Positions 1 to 11,222 of a stretch of DNA of 64,000 bases are shown in pieces. The position numbers and the translations under genes are program-made. This DNA is from an uncultured Acidimicrobiaceae bacterium (GTDB taxonomy: Bacteria > Actinomycetota > Acidimicrobiia > Acidimicrobiales > RAAP-2), in NCBI GenBank assembly GCA_963794215.1, contig CAWCCQ010000005.1, forward strand, positions 19,008 through 83,007, written 5' to 3'. Positions within the stretch are counted from its first letter, which is position 1. Every line of letters begins with the position of its first letter. A model generated the notes under the pieces. That model saw nothing but the letters and a program-made list of their open reading frames with translations. It was not told where the DNA came from and searched no databases.

Positions 1-51
1 CTCGAGGGTGGCGCGTTCGAGCGATCCCTTCGGCAGGACCAGGCGCAACAT
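1..51 (-). CDS. hisG: ATP phosphoribosyltransferase, first 17 codons only (gene continues beyond the left edge)
   Basis: Reverse complement of 1-51 reads ATG TTG CGC CTG GTC CTG CCG AAG GGA TCG CTC GAA CGC GCC ACC CTC GAG = MLRLVLPKGSLERATLE. This resembles the conserved ML..A.PKG.L.E start of short-form HisG. The ATG lies 2 nt after the ribH stop. Only 17 residues are visible. Confidence 0.4.
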   Translation of the reverse strand, partial: MLRLVLPKGSLERATLE

Positions 52-53
52 CG

Positions 54-653
54 TCAGATCATCGCAGACGAGGTCCGGCGGGCCGTGCCGGCCCTGGAGC
101 CAGCCGGATCACGTAGGGACGTGCTCACCAGGAGCTTGGTCATCTCGACCGCGGTGAGCGCACCCTCGTAGCCCTTGTTCTGGCTGTCCTGGCCCTCCCC
201 GATCATGGACCGCTCGAGCGCTTGGGCCACGGTCTCGGTGGTAAGAACGCCGAAAACGACGGGCACACCCGTCTCCAGTTGCACCTGTTGGAGACCCGAC
301 GCGCAGCCGCCGGCCACGAGGTCGTAGTGACCGGTCTCGCCACGGATCACCGCACCGAGGCACACGACCGCGTCAACCGATCCGGCCAGGGCGAAGCCTC
401 GCGCCACGAGCGGAAGCTCGAACGCACCGGGGGCCCAGGCGACCACTACGTCCCGACGGTCCACATCGCAGTCGGTAAGACCCCTGAGGGCGCCCTGGAT
501 CAGCCGCCAGGTGATCCCACCGTTGAACAGCGCGCAGGCCAAGCCAACGCGCAGGCCGCGTCCGTCGTGATCGCCTCGAAGGTGCGTGCCCACGAGGCCC
601 GGAAGGTCGGCCAGCACGTGATCGGGCAGCCGGGTCTCGTCGGACGAGGTCAT
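54..653 (-). CDS. ribH: 6,7-dimethyl-8-ribityllumazine synthase
   Basis: 199-aa ORF with WAPGAFELPLVA, VVCLGAVIRGETGHYDLVA and VPVVFGVLTTE motifs. It follows ribBA in a rib operon. The C-terminus is about 40 aa longer than usual. Confidence 0.9.
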   Translation of the reverse strand: MTSSDETRLPDHVLADLPGLVGTHLRGDHDGRGLRVGLACALFNGGITWRLIQGALRGLTDCDVDRRDVVVAWAPGAFELPLVARGFALAGSVDAVVCLGAVIRGETGHYDLVAGGCASGLQQVQLETGVPVVFGVLTTETVAQALERSMIGEGQDSQNKGYEGALTAVEMTKLLVSTSLRDPAGSRAGTARRTSSAMI

Positions 654-735
654 CGGCGTTGGGACGAGGTCATCGTGGCCGAGGTCATCGGCGTTGGGAC
701 GAGGTCATCGTGGCCGAGGCCGAGGTCATCGCTGT
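646..735. repeat. 35-bp tandem duplication spanning the ribH start codon region
   Basis: Unit GAGGTCATCGGCGTTGGGACGAGGTCATCGTGGCC occurs perfectly at 646-680 and 681-715, followed by a degenerate partial copy to about 735. On the minus strand each unit carries two ATGACCTCG start-like motifs. Confidence 0.9.
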
Positions 736-749
736 AGGGGACGAGGCGC

Positions 750-1966
750 TCAAAGGACGTCGTCGAGGCCCTCGAGGAGGTGCCCAAGGCGTTCGCGCTT
801 GGTCCGCAGGTACTCGAGATTGTGGGAGTTGGGGGAGGACTCGAGCTGCACTCGCTCGACGATGTCGAGCCCGAACCCTTGCAGGCCGCCATACTTGGAC
901 GGATTGTTGGTCATGAGACGCATCGTGCTCACGCCGAGGTCGACCAGCATCTGGGCACCGATCCCGTACTCGCGGCTGTCTACCGGCAGACCCTGACGCA
1001 GGTTCGCCTCCACCGTGTCGTGACCCTCTTCTTGCAACCGGTAGGCGCGGATCTTGTGGGCCAGACCGATGCCTCGACCTTCATGGCCCCGCAGGTAGAT
1101 GATCACGCCGCGCCGCTCGGCCTCGATCAGATCGAGCGCCTTGTGCAGCTGAGGCCCACAGTCGCAGCGCAGCGAGCCGAACACATCACCGGTGAGGCAC
1201 TCCGAGTGCACCCGCACGAGGACGTCGGGTTGGCCATCGACGTCGCCGAGCACTAGTGCGAGGTGTTGCTCGCCGTCGAGGACGGACTCGTAGACGTAGG
1301 CCTTGTAAAGGCCGAGCTCGGTGGGGATCCGGGCCTCGGACACCCGTCGCACCAGCTTTTCGTTCTGTCGCCGATACCTGATGAGCTCAGCGATCGAGAT
1401 GAGCGGAAGCCCGTGGGTCTTGGCGAAGCGTTCGAGCTCGGGAAGCCTGGCCATCGACGTCTTGTCCTCCGAGACGATCTCGCACAGGACCCCCGCAGCC
1501 GCCTTCCCCGCGGCACGCGACAGATCGACGGTTGCCTCGGTGTGCCCGGCCCGCTTGAGGACGCCGCCGGGCCGGTACCGCAGGGGGAAGATGTGCCCGG
1601 GCCGGTTGAGGTCGGTCGGTCGGGTGGCGGGGTCGACGAGCGCGCCGATGGTTGCTGCCCGATCGGCGGCCGAAATCCCCGTCGTCGTGCCCCGGGCGTC
1701 CACGCTCACGGTGAAGGCGGTGCGTTGGGCCTCGGTGTTGGCGACGACCATCAACGGCAGGTCGAGCTCGTCGGCCCGCTCGGGAAGGAGCGGCACACAG
1801 ATCACGCCCGAGGTGTGCGCCAGGAAGAAGGCGATGTTCTCCGGTGTGGCCGATTCGGCGGCCATGACCAGGTCGCCCTCGTTCTCACGATCTTCGTCGT
1901 CGACCACGACGACCATCCCGCCCACCCGGATCTGGGCGATCGCTTCGTCCACCGACGAAAAGGTGC

Positions 1967-1970
<4 letters not shown>
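750..1970 (-). CDS. ribBA: bifunctional 3,4-dihydroxy-2-butanone-4-phosphate synthase / GTP cyclohydrolase II
   Basis: 406 aa from GTG at 1970, which overlaps the ribD stop as GTGA. The N-terminal half has DHBP synthase motifs (VVVVDDEDRENEGDLVMAAE, GHTEATVDL). The C-terminal half has GTP cyclohydrolase II motifs (VRVHSECLTGDVFGSLRCDCGPQL, YLRGHEGRGIGL). The 741-aa ORF in the track is an out-of-frame read-through from ribD. Confidence 0.93.
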
Positions 1971-2975
<1,005 letters not shown>

Positions 2976-3012
2976 GGCCTCCCGATCCTACCCGCCGTCA
3001 CCCGAATCGCCC

Positions 3013-3714
3013 TCAAGACGAGCCGGGAGCCGCGACCGTGCCCAGCGCAGCGTTGCGGATGGCCTCCACCGCCTCCCAGGGGCGGACGTGCCCGAAGATG
3101 GCCGAACCAGCCACCAGCACGTTCGCCCCCGCTTGGGCCGCCACCGCGGCCGTTCGCCCGTTGATTCCCCCATCCACCTCGATGTCGACCGACAGCCCGC
3201 GTTCAGCCACGGCCCGACGAACCTCGCGGACCTTGCCCATCACCTCGGGCATGAACGCCTGTCCCCCGAAGCCCGGAAACACCGTCATGCACAGGACGAG
3301 GTCAATATGGTCGAGGTGGGCGTCGATCGCCTCGAATGGCGTGTCGGGGTTGACGGCCACGCCGGCGCGTAGGCCCAGGCCTCGCATCTCGGCGACGAGA
3401 TCGTCGGTCGCCCCGATCTCCGCGTGCACGGTGCACCCGTCCGCCCCCGCCTCCTTGAAGGCTCGTAGGTAGTCCCCGGGGTTGGTCATCATGAGATGGC
3501 AGTCGAAGTACAGACCCGAGTGGCGGCGGAGCGAGGCGACCACGGGCGGACCGATGGTGAGGTTGGGGACGAAGTGGGCGTCCATCACGTCGACATGGAG
3601 CCAGTCGGCAGCCGAGGCCACCTCACCGACCGCCTCGGCGAGCGCACCGAAATCAGCAGAGAGCACCGAAGGAGCGACCTTCACCGCGCCGACAACGCCG
3701 ACGTCCCTCGTCAC
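3013..3714 (-). CDS. rpe: ribulose-phosphate 3-epimerase
   Basis: 233-aa ORF with APSVLSADF, HVDVMDAHFVPN, FPGFGGQAF and VDGGIN motifs. Confidence 0.93.
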   Translation of the reverse strand: MTRDVGVVGAVKVAPSVLSADFGALAEAVGEVASAADWLHVDVMDAHFVPNLTIGPPVVASLRRHSGLYFDCHLMMTNPGDYLRAFKEAGADGCTVHAEIGATDDLVAEMRGLGLRAGVAVNPDTPFEAIDAHLDHIDLVLCMTVFPGFGGQAFMPEVMGKVREVRRAVAERGLSVDIEVDGGINGRTAAVAAQAGANVLVAGSAIFGHVRPWEAVEAIRNAALGTVAAPGSS

Positions 3715-3744
3715 CGGGCCGAGCCTACCGGCGCGGAGCGACGC

Positions 3745-4675
3745 TCAGTCCTGATCGACGTCACCCCACGGCCCGAGCGCCTCGCCGGCCGCCGGCCGCA
3801 CCCCCGGAGCCAGGCACGGGCGTCCATCGCCCGGCCGCCGGCGGGCGGACCCGCACGAGGTCCAACGATCCCTCACCGGTGACCACGGAGCTGCCGAGCA
3901 GCGTTCCGGGCGGCGGGTCGCCGCCAGAGGGCGCGTCACCGCCGGGCTCGTTCCGGGGCACGGCCTCCAGGACGCCCAGACGCCGGCCTCGGAACGTCGT
4001 ATGCGCCCGACCGAGCCGCACCACCCGGTCCAGCTCGACGGCCGATCGGTCCCACCGCAGCTCGAGCTCGGACGGATCGATCTTGGGCGCATACGTGGGT
4101 TCTCCACGTTGGGGCTCGGGATCGCCGAGCGCTCCAAGACCATCCTGCTCGACGCCGGCCAAGGTGGTGACCAGCAGCTCGGCGCCGAGAACGGCTAGCC
4201 GAGCCCGAAGCTCGCCAACCCCTTCACGTGGCCCGATGGGCACCTCGGCCCGGGCATAGACGCCCCCGGTGTCGAGCCCCTCTTCGACGTCCATGATGCA
4301 CACCCCCGTCGTCGCGTCGCCCGCCAGGACGGCCCGCTCCACCGGGGCCGCGCCCCGCCAGCGCGGCAGGAGCGAGAAGTGCACGTTGAGCATCGGGACC
4401 CGATCGAGGATTGCGACGGGGATGATCCGTCCGTAGGCGGCCACAACCCCCAAGGTGGCACCAACCTCGAGGGCGTCGGCGAGGCGGTCGGTGACGTCGA
4501 GCCCGAGCTCGAGCGCCCTTTGCTTCACCGGGCTTGGCGTCATCACTCCCCCACGACCACGACGACGGTCGGGTCGACTGACGACGAGCGCCACGGCGTG
4601 ATCGGCGCCTACCAAGGCGTCGAGCGACGGGACGGCAGCTTGGGGCGTCCCGAGGAACACAAGGCGGGTCACCAC
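3745..4675 (-). pseudogene. fmt: methionyl-tRNA formyltransferase, with two apparent frameshifts in the last ~100 nt as assembled
   Basis: From GTG 4675 the ORF reads VVTRLVFLGTP..., HFSLLPRWRGAAPVERAV and onwards in one frame to LDLVRVRP. The canonical C-terminus continues in a second frame (AGGRAMDARAWLRG) and then a third (VRPAAGEALGPWGDVDQD*, stop at 3745). The shifts sit at about 3842-3848 and at the C5 run 3801-3805. The N-terminal 100 aa of the 405-aa track ORF overlaps def and is not coding. Confidence 0.8.
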
Positions 4676-4693
4676 CCCCGCCCACCGATTGCC

Positions 4694-4717
4694 CCCACGC
4701 CCACGCCCACGCCCACG
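4694..4717. repeat. hexanucleotide microsatellite (CCCACG)x4 in the def-fmt spacer
   Basis: Four perfect tandem copies at 4694-4699, 4700-4705, 4706-4711 and 4712-4717, between the def stop (4737) and the fmt start (4675). Confidence 0.9.
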
Positions 4718-4736
4718 ATCGCCGGTTCGACGAGGA

Positions 4737-5270
4737 TCAAGAAGAGCCGGACGCCGGCGCCTCCGGATCAGCATCCGCCGAGAAGCTGAACGCCCGCGCC
4801 CGGAGGATCCGGCGCGCCTCGCGCCGCTGGTCGTCGTCGAGCCGCTCGAGCAGCAGCACCCCGTCGAGATGATCGATCTCGTGCTGGAAGCACCGCGCCT
4901 CGAGCTCCTCGGCCTCGATGGAGACGTCATTACCGTCGAGATCGAGACCCACCAGGTGCACACGACTGGCCCGGACAATGGGCCAGTTCAGCCCGGGCAC
5001 CGACAGGCAGCCCTCTTCGTAGGTCCACTCACCGTCGCTCTCGATGATCCGGGGATTGATCACCGGTCGTGGCCCGTCTCCCACGTCGTAGACGAACAGC
5101 CGTCGCTGCACACCAACCTGGTTTGCCGCCAGCCCCACCCCGGGCGCGTCGTACATCGTCTCGATCATGTCCTCGACGAGCTTCGCGATGCTTCCGTCGA
5201 TCTTCTCCAACTCGCGGGTCGGCTGCTTGAGGACCGGGTCGCCGTATTGGCGAATCGGGAAGATGGCCAC
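4737..5270 (-). CDS. def: peptide deformylase
   Basis: 177-aa ORF with GVGLAANQVG, EGCLSVPG and QHEIDHLDG metal-binding motifs. GTG start is preceded by GGAGA. Confidence 0.95.
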   Translation of the reverse strand: MAIFPIRQYGDPVLKQPTRELEKIDGSIAKLVEDMIETMYDAPGVGLAANQVGVQRRLFVYDVGDGPRPVINPRIIESDGEWTYEEGCLSVPGLNWPIVRASRVHLVGLDLDGNDVSIEAEELEARCFQHEIDHLDGVLLLERLDDDQRREARRILRARAFSFSADADPEAPASGSS

Positions 5271-5280
5271 GTCTCCATGC

Positions 5281-5376
5281 TAATTGGCCCCGCCCGGCTA
5301 ACTGGCCCCGCCCGGCTAACTGGCCCCCGCGCTAGCCCGGAGCTCATTAGCCCGCCCGGGCTGACTGGCCCAGGCG
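5281..5376. repeat. degenerate 14-18 bp direct-repeat array immediately upstream of def
   Basis: TAATTGGCCCCGCCCGGC (5281-5298) and TAACTGGCCCCGCCCGGC (5299-5316) are followed by decaying copies: TAACTGGCCCCCGCGC, TAGCCCGGAGCTCAT, TAGCCCGCCCGGGC, TGACTGGCCCAGGCG. The array is non-coding, between the priA stop (5418) and the def start (5270). Confidence 0.8.
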
Positions 5377-5417
5377 TCCGTCACGACTCACCGAACGCGA
5401 AAGGCCGTGACCCGTCC

Positions 5418-7294
5418 TCACAGGGCGGTGGGGTCGACCTCGACTCGCAACCGTCCGGCCGGACGGGGCACCGTGGCGAGTGCGTCACACAGGGAGGTGG
5501 TTGACGCGGCGCGCACCATCCAGCGCCCTTCGCCGAGGTCGGAGACCTCGAGGGCGGTGAGCTGGCTCAACGCGGTGGCGAACGTCCCGGCGGCGGCCCC
5601 CGACACCAACGCCAACGCGCCGGCGGGGGGCAACGACAGCTGGCGCCGTACCGCTAGCTCGTGGCTCGCCACGATCCCCGGGTTACCTTCGACCGCGGCC
5701 CTCAGCACCTCGTGGTCGGGCAGCCTGGTCTGGACGAGCACCCTGCCGACGCCGCTTCGCGACGGCTCCCGGCCCCGCCCCCCGACTAGGCGGCCCGCAC
5801 ACGCGAGCAGGGCCAGGGACTCCTCGGCTCCGCCGAAGCGCGGGGCGAGCAGGTGCTGGTCGAAGTCGAGAAAGGCCACCAACCCGGCGCGGCGCACCCG
5901 GTGGAGCACCGCTTCGGTGCCGACGAAGGCCCGCCCGTCGCCACGCCCGATCGGATCGTCCGCGGGCAAGGCGCCGCGGGCACCCGAGCTCGGCTCGGGA
6001 CCCGACACCTCAGCCACCTCGACCCGCAGCAGCGCCTCGAGCTCCTCGCGGATCCGAGCGACACCCGGTCGCAAGAGGCGCAGGCGGGTCGAGCCACAGT
6101 TCGCGCAGACAACCGGTCGTTCGGTCCCGCAAGCTGGACAAGAGAGCAGCTCATCAACTTGGTGCAGGGCGTGGCCACAATGCTCGCAGCGCACGATCTC
6201 CCCGCACCCGGCGCAGGCCAGCAAGCGAGCGCGGCCGGTGCGGTTGAGCACGCAGACGACTCTCTCGCCATCACCCAGGACCTTCAGGGCGGCACCGACG
6301 AAGGGTTCGGATAGTAGCCCTTCACGAGGGTCCGAGCCGCGCCGGTCGAGCACCACCAGCGCCGGCCAGCCAATTCGCTCCACTGCTCGGGGAACGGGTC
6401 GCAGCTCGGACTGTGCGATCTGCACCACCGAGGGACACGGCGAGACGAGCAGGCACGGCGCTCCGTCGCGCCGGGCGCGCTCCGCAACGACCTGCCAGGC
6501 ATTGGAGGTGGGAGCCCGCTCTTCGCGGTACGCCTCGTCGTGCGCGTCGAGCACGACGACGGCTGCGACACGGGCCACCGGCGACCACGCCGCCGAGCGC
6601 GCACCGACCACGACCGGCCAGCCCGACGCTGCCTCCTCCCAGCTGGCCGCCACCGGAATGCCGCGGCGCCGCAGCCGGGCGGACAGACGTTCGGCCCAGC
6701 CCAGGTTGGGTACCAAGACCAGCACCGTCCCGGCCGGCGCGCCGTCCGGCCACGGCGCGGCACCCCCGGGGGCGACGGTCCGCCCTGGCGTGCCCCCGCC
6801 CAGCGCACCACCGCTTCGACCGACGGGAGCAGGTCGACGTCCGGCGCCACCCGGAACAGCGTCGGCTGGTCGAGGCGCGTCAACGCCTCGTGGAGAACGA
6901 CGGGGTCGGGCCCGCCCGCCGCGTCGTCACGCAGGCCCAACGACTCGAGGCCGGCGACCGGCCAGGGCGGCGCGGTGGCCAGCGCGTGGACATTGTGCGC
7001 AGGCGACGCCGCACGCAAGAACGCGGTAGTCGGCCCGGCCCAACGCCACGCCGCCCACCGGGCCACGTCGATCACGCCGAGGGGAGGCCCCCATCCCGAC
7101 AGGCCGGTGAGCGGTTGGAGCCGTACCGAGTCGGGCGGATCGCTGGGATCGGCGACCACCCAGCCCCCGACGCGTCGGCCCTGAAGGGCAATCCGCACCC
7201 TCGACCCGACACGAACCGCGTCGCGCCACTTGGCCGGCACCCAATAGTCGAATGCCCGGCCCAGGGCCGGCACGTCGGGAAGCACCCCGACCAC
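5418..7294 (-). pseudogene. priA: primosomal protein N' (PriA helicase), one apparent frameshift as assembled
   Basis: The N-terminal DNA-binding part (VVGVLPDVPALGRAFDYWVP...) lies in the frame of ORF 6284..7609. The helicase and Cys-rich zinc-binding part (VLVLVPNLGWAERL, CAGCGEIVRCEHCGHALH..CPACG..CANCGS) lies in the frame of ORF 5418..6725. The frames meet at the CCCCCGGGGG run at 6763-6772. The start at GTG 7294 is tentative. Confidence 0.8.
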
Positions 7295-7332
7295 CCGGTC
7301 GCCCGGTGGCTTGGCCCGAGCGACGTCGTCTC

Positions 7333-8529
7333 TCAGAGCCCGAGAGCGCGTGAGAGGTCGTCCACCCGCGGTGTCGCCTCCCAGGAGAACTCCTTGTCGG
7401 ACCGACCGAAGTGCCCGTAGGCGGCGGTCCGCCGGTAGATCGGGCGACGCAGGTCCAGATCGCGGATGATCGCGGCAGGCCTCAGGTCGAACAGCTCGCG
7501 CACGGCCTTCGCGATCCGTTCGGGATCGGCGCGCTCGGTGCCGAAGGTCTCGACGAGCAGCGACACTGGCTGGGCCACGCCGATGGCGTAGGCCACCTGC
7601 ACCTCGCACCGTCGGGCCGCGCCTGAGGCAACCACGTGCTTGGCCACCCAGCGAGCGGCGTAGGCCGCCGAGCGGTCGACCTTGGACGGGTCCTTGCCCG
7701 AAAACGCTCCCCCGCCGTGACGTGCCATCCCGCCGTAGGTGTCCACGATGATCTTGCGCCCCGTTAGGCCGGTGTCGGCGTGCGGGCCGCCCAGCTCGAA
7801 GGTGCCGGTGGGGTTGGCCAGCACCCGCATGCCTTCGGTGTCGAGGTCTCCGGGGAGCAGCGGGTTGATCACGTGCTCTCGCAGGTCGGGGAGCAAGAGG
7901 GTGTCGAGGTCGATCCCGGGCTGGTGCTGGGTCGAGATGAGCACCGTGTCGATGCGGACCGGGCGGCCGTCCTCGTAGACCACGCTGACCTGGGTCTTGC
8001 CGTCGGGCCGGAGGTAGGGCAGCACGCCCACCCGCCGTACTTGGGACAGCCGCTGGGCCAGGCGGTGCGAGAGCCAGATGGGCAGCGGCATGAGGTCGAT
8101 GGTCTCGTCGCAGGCATAGCCAAACATCATGCCCTGGTCACCGGCACCTTGGGCGTTGAGCTGGTCTTCCCCACCACTGCCGGTCCGGAACTCGAACGCC
8201 GAATCCACTCCCTGGGCGATGTCGGGTGACTGCTCGTCGACCGCCACCAGCACGCCACAAGTGCGCCCGTTGAAGCCGTAGGCGTCGTTGTCGTACCCGA
8301 TCTCACAGACCGTGTCGCGCACCAAGGACGGGATGTCGACGTACGTCTCGGTCGAGATTTCGCCGGCCACCACCACCAGGCCGGTGGTCAGCAGGGTCTC
8401 ACAGGCCACCCGACTGAACGGGTCGCCCTCCAACATGGCGTCGAGGACGGCGTCGGAGATCTGGTCGGCCATCTTGTCGGGATGGCCCTCGGTGACCGAC
8501 TCTGAGGTGAATGTTGTTCGGAGGCTCAC
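7333..8529 (-). CDS. metK: S-adenosylmethionine synthase
   Basis: 398-aa ORF with [29 protein letters not shown] and [19 protein letters not shown] motifs. Confidence 0.97.
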   Translation of the reverse strand: MSLRTTFTSESVTEGHPDKMADQISDAVLDAMLEGDPFSRVACETLLTTGLVVVAGEISTETYVDIPSLVRDTVCEIGYDNDAYGFNGRTCGVLVAVDEQSPDIAQGVDSAFEFRTGSGGEDQLNAQGAGDQGMMFGYACDETIDLMPLPIWLSHRLAQRLSQVRRVGVLPYLRPDGKTQVSVVYEDGRPVRIDTVLISTQHQPGIDLDTLLLPDLREHVINPLLPGDLDTEGMRVLANPTGTFELGGPHADTGLTGRKIIVDTYGGMARHGGGAFSGKDPSKVDRSAAYAARWVAKHVVASGAARRCEVQVAYAIGVAQPVSLLVETFGTERADPERIAKAVRELFDLRPAAIIRDLDLRRPIYRRTAAYGHFGRSDKEFSWEATPRVDDLSRALGL

Positions 8530-9787
8530 GTGACCCGCTTCCTGGGGGACGACTCTGTTAGTGGCCCACCTTGGAGCCGGTCGTTCACCCTATCCAACAA
8601 GGCGTCGGCCACCGCAACCTTCGACTGCAACGGCAGTGAGTCCTCAGCCCCATCCACGCCCAAGATGGTGACGATGTTCGTGTCGTGGTCGAACCCGGCT
8701 CCCGGCGCCGACACGTCGTTGACCACAAGGATGTCGACGCCCTTGCGAGCCAGCTTCCGTCGGCCTCGCTCGAGCGAGTCACGGGTTTCGGCGGCGAACC
8801 CGACCAGCACCTGCCCAGGAGGGCGCTGGGCTGCCAGCTCGGCCAGGATGTCGGCGGTGGGCTCGAGGATGATCTCGGGCACACCGTCCTCCTTGGACAA
8901 CTTCTGCGAGGCGGAGACCTTCGGGCGGAAGTCGGCGACCGCTGCTGCCATCACCACCACGTCGGCCCTTGGCGCATGGTCGAGCATGGCTTCGTGCATC
9001 TCGGCCGCCGTCTCGACCCTGACGATCTCGATCCCCGGGGCGACCTCCAGTGCAGACGTGCTGACCAGGGTCACCGTGGCCCCCCGGCGGGCCGCTGCCT
9101 CCGCCACGGCGTGGCCCTGCTTGCCCGACGATCGGTTGGTGAGGAACCGAACCGGGTCGAGGGGCTCGCGGGTGCCGCCAGCACTCACCACGAAGCGCCT
9201 GCCCTCGAAGTCCCGCCCGTTCGACGAGGCACCGACCAGTTCGAGCACCGTTCGACGATGTGCGCTGGCTCGGCCAGCCGTCCCGCGCCCCGGTCGCCGC
9301 CCGCCAGACGGCCTTCTTCGGGAGGGACTACGGTCACGCCCCGCCGGCGAAGCGTTGCCAGGTTCTCCTGGACTGAGGGGTGCTCCCACATCTCGGTGTG
9401 CATTGCCGGGCACACCACCACCGGCGAACGGGTGGCCAACAAGGTGGCGCTCAACAGGTCGTCGGCCAGCCCCGCCGCGTAACGAGCGAGGAGGTGCGCC
9501 GTCGCCGGCACCACCACCACGAGGTCGGCGCGCTGCCCGAGCGCAGTGTGCGGGATGGGCGAACCCTCGTCCCACAGGGTTTTTTGGACCGGCTCGGAGG
9601 CGAGGGCCGAAAAGGTCACCTCTCCGACGAACCGAGTAGCCGCGGGGGTGAGGACGGGCACGACGTACACGCCCGCGTCGACCAATCGGCGACAGACCTC
9701 GATGGCCTTGTACGCGGCTATGCCCCCGCACACGCCCAGCACGACACAGGGTATTTCGGGGGTCGCCTCCCGACGTGACGTCTTCAC
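8526..9787 (-). pseudogene. coaBC: bifunctional phosphopantothenoylcysteine decarboxylase / phosphopantothenate-cysteine ligase, one apparent frameshift as assembled
   Basis: The CoaC half (VVLGVCGGIAAYKA, PAMHTEMW) lies in the frame of ORF 9185..9787 up to ...GRLAEPAHIVE. The CoaB half (TVLELVG..GRRFVVSAGGTREPLDPVRFLTNRSSGKQG, AAAVADFRP) lies in the frame of ORF 8526..9731. The switch is at about 9245-9252. Confidence 0.85.
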
Positions 9788-9824
9788 TGGCGCCGCGCCA
9801 GGCCCGAGCCGCTGCTCATGGCCC

Positions 9825-10280
9825 CTATCCGGCGGCTGGCCCGTCGTCCTCGAGGGCCACGACGTCGTCGCCCTCGTGGTTCAGTCCGTTGTCGGCGGCG
9901 ATCACGAGGTCAGGCCCATCGGTCTCGGCCAGGTCCGGCTCGGAACGTTCGACCTCGGTCACGACGGCACTGAGTCCGAGGTCCTCGGCGACAGCGTCGG
10001 CGGCCACCTCATCGTCCGCGAGCTGCTCGTCGGGGTCCCGACGCGAGTACGTCGCCTTGCCGGCGGCCACCTCCTCGAACGCGATCGACAGTGGCTTGCC
10101 TGACACCGATGTCACCTGGGGTGGGACCACACGGCCGAGCCCCTCGCCCAGGCTGTTGTAGTACGAGTTCACCTGTCGGGCCCGAGTCGACCCTAACGCG
10201 ACAAGGGTGAACTTCGAATCCACCTTATCCAGGAGATCTTCGATCGGCGGGTCCATCAAGGTGTTGCGGCCTTTGGCCAT
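9825..10280 (-). CDS. rpoZ: DNA-directed RNA polymerase subunit omega, with a long acidic C-terminal tail
   Basis: 151-aa ORF. The N-terminal MDPPIEDLLDKVDSKFTLVALGSTRARQV matches omega. The last ~60 aa are rich in D/E. It has the classic position downstream of gmk, with a TAATG junction. Confidence 0.85.
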   Translation of the reverse strand: MAKGRNTLMDPPIEDLLDKVDSKFTLVALGSTRARQVNSYYNSLGEGLGRVVPPQVTSVSGKPLSIAFEEVAAGKATYSRRDPDEQLADDEVAADAVAEDLGLSAVVTEVERSEPDLAETDGPDLVIAADNGLNHEGDDVVALEDDGPAAG

Positions 10281-10897
10281 TACGCATCCTCCGAGTCGTC
10301 CGAGCGTCGGGCGGCCGCGCCGCCGCGCCGCTCGGCACGTGCGGAAGCCACTATACCGGCCACCTCGTCCACAGCCCGGTGCACGTCGTCGTTCACCACC
10401 ACGGTCTCCCCCGAGAGTATCCGGCCCACCCGCATCTCTTCCTCGGCCTTCTGCAAGCGTCGCCGCACGTGCTCCCCGCTGTCGCCCCTCGTGACGAGCC
10501 GCTCGCGCTGCGCCTCGGGCGACGGCGGGACCAACAGGACAACGGTGGCATCCGGGCAGCGCTCGAGCACTTGGCGGGCGCCCTGGACGTCGATCTCGAG
10601 CAACACGTCATGGCCCGGAGGTGGATCGGGATTCGGCGTCCCATAGAGGTTTCCAAGGAACTCCGCCCACTCCCAGAAACCACCCTCGTGCGCACGCCGT
10701 TCGAAGTCGTCACGGCTGACGAAGACGTAGGCGTCAGCCGCCTCACCGACGCGCCGAGGTCTCGTCGTCCACGAGCGGCTCAACCACAGTCGAGGAACCG
10801 CCGAGCTCAGGTGCTCGGCGACCGTCCCCTTGCCAGCTCCGCCCGGACCGATCAGGACGAAGACGAGCGGGTCCGAGGTCGATCGGTCAGCGAGCAG
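10280..10897 (-). CDS. gmk: guanylate kinase
   Basis: P-loop GPGGAGKGT plus SWTTRPRR and EIDVQGA motifs. The start is uncertain. CTG 10897 is chosen because the longer track ORF overlaps mihF, which ends at 10887. Confidence 0.88.
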   Translation of the reverse strand: MLADRSTSDPLVFVLIGPGGAGKGTVAEHLSSAVPRLWLSRSWTTRPRRVGEAADAYVFVSRDDFERRAHEGGFWEWAEFLGNLYGTPNPDPPPGHDVLLEIDVQGARQVLERCPDATVVLLVPPSPEAQRERLVTRGDSGEHVRRRLQKAEEEMRVGRILSGETVVVNDDVHRAVDEVAGIVASARAERRGGAAARRSDDSEDA

Positions 10898-11204
10898 TCT
10901 CTTTGAGGAGCTCGGCCCGCTGCTTGGCGCCCAGGCCCTGCAAACGACGGCTTTCGCTGATGCCAACGGTCTCCATCAACCGCCGGGCCTTGACCTTTCC
11001 CAGACCCGGGAGCGATTCGAGCACCGAGACCACCTTCATCTTGCCGACGGTCTCGTCCCCGTCGGCCTTGGAGAGGAGCTCGTCGAGCGAGAGGGAGCCC
11101 AGCTTTAGCTTCTCTTTCACCTCGGCGCGCTCGCGACGGACCTTGGCGGCCTTTTCGAGTGCAGCCTGGCGCTGCTCGGGTGTGAGTGCAGGCGGTTGCG
11201 GCAT
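10887..11204 (-). CDS. mihF: integration host factor, actinobacterial type
   Basis: 105-aa ORF ...LTPEQRQAALEKAAKVRRERAEVKEKLK..GKMKVVSVLESLPGLGKVKARRLME..RRLQGLGAKQRAELL. It is colinear with mycobacterial MihF as I remember it and sits at the conserved pyrF-mihF-gmk-rpoZ position. Confidence 0.85.
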   Translation of the reverse strand: MPQPPALTPEQRQAALEKAAKVRRERAEVKEKLKLGSLSLDELLSKADGDETVGKMKVVSVLESLPGLGKVKARRLMETVGISESRRLQGLGAKQRAELLKETAR

Positions 11205-11222
11205 GGGCGCGACGATAGCGCC

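Noticed and set aside
2976-3012. I looked for leader riboswitches: FMN upstream of ribD, SAM upstream of metK, and a T-box upstream of tyrS.
   Set aside because: The upstream spacers are only 37 nt (ribD), overlapping (metK/coaBC) and 20 nt (tyrS/menD). These are far too short for such elements.
4676-4978. The 405-aa version of the fmt ORF extends upstream across the def gene.
   Set aside because: The extra 100 residues overlap the 3' half of def in another frame and are low-complexity. The Fmt homology begins at VVTRLVFLGTP (GTG 4675 or 4672).
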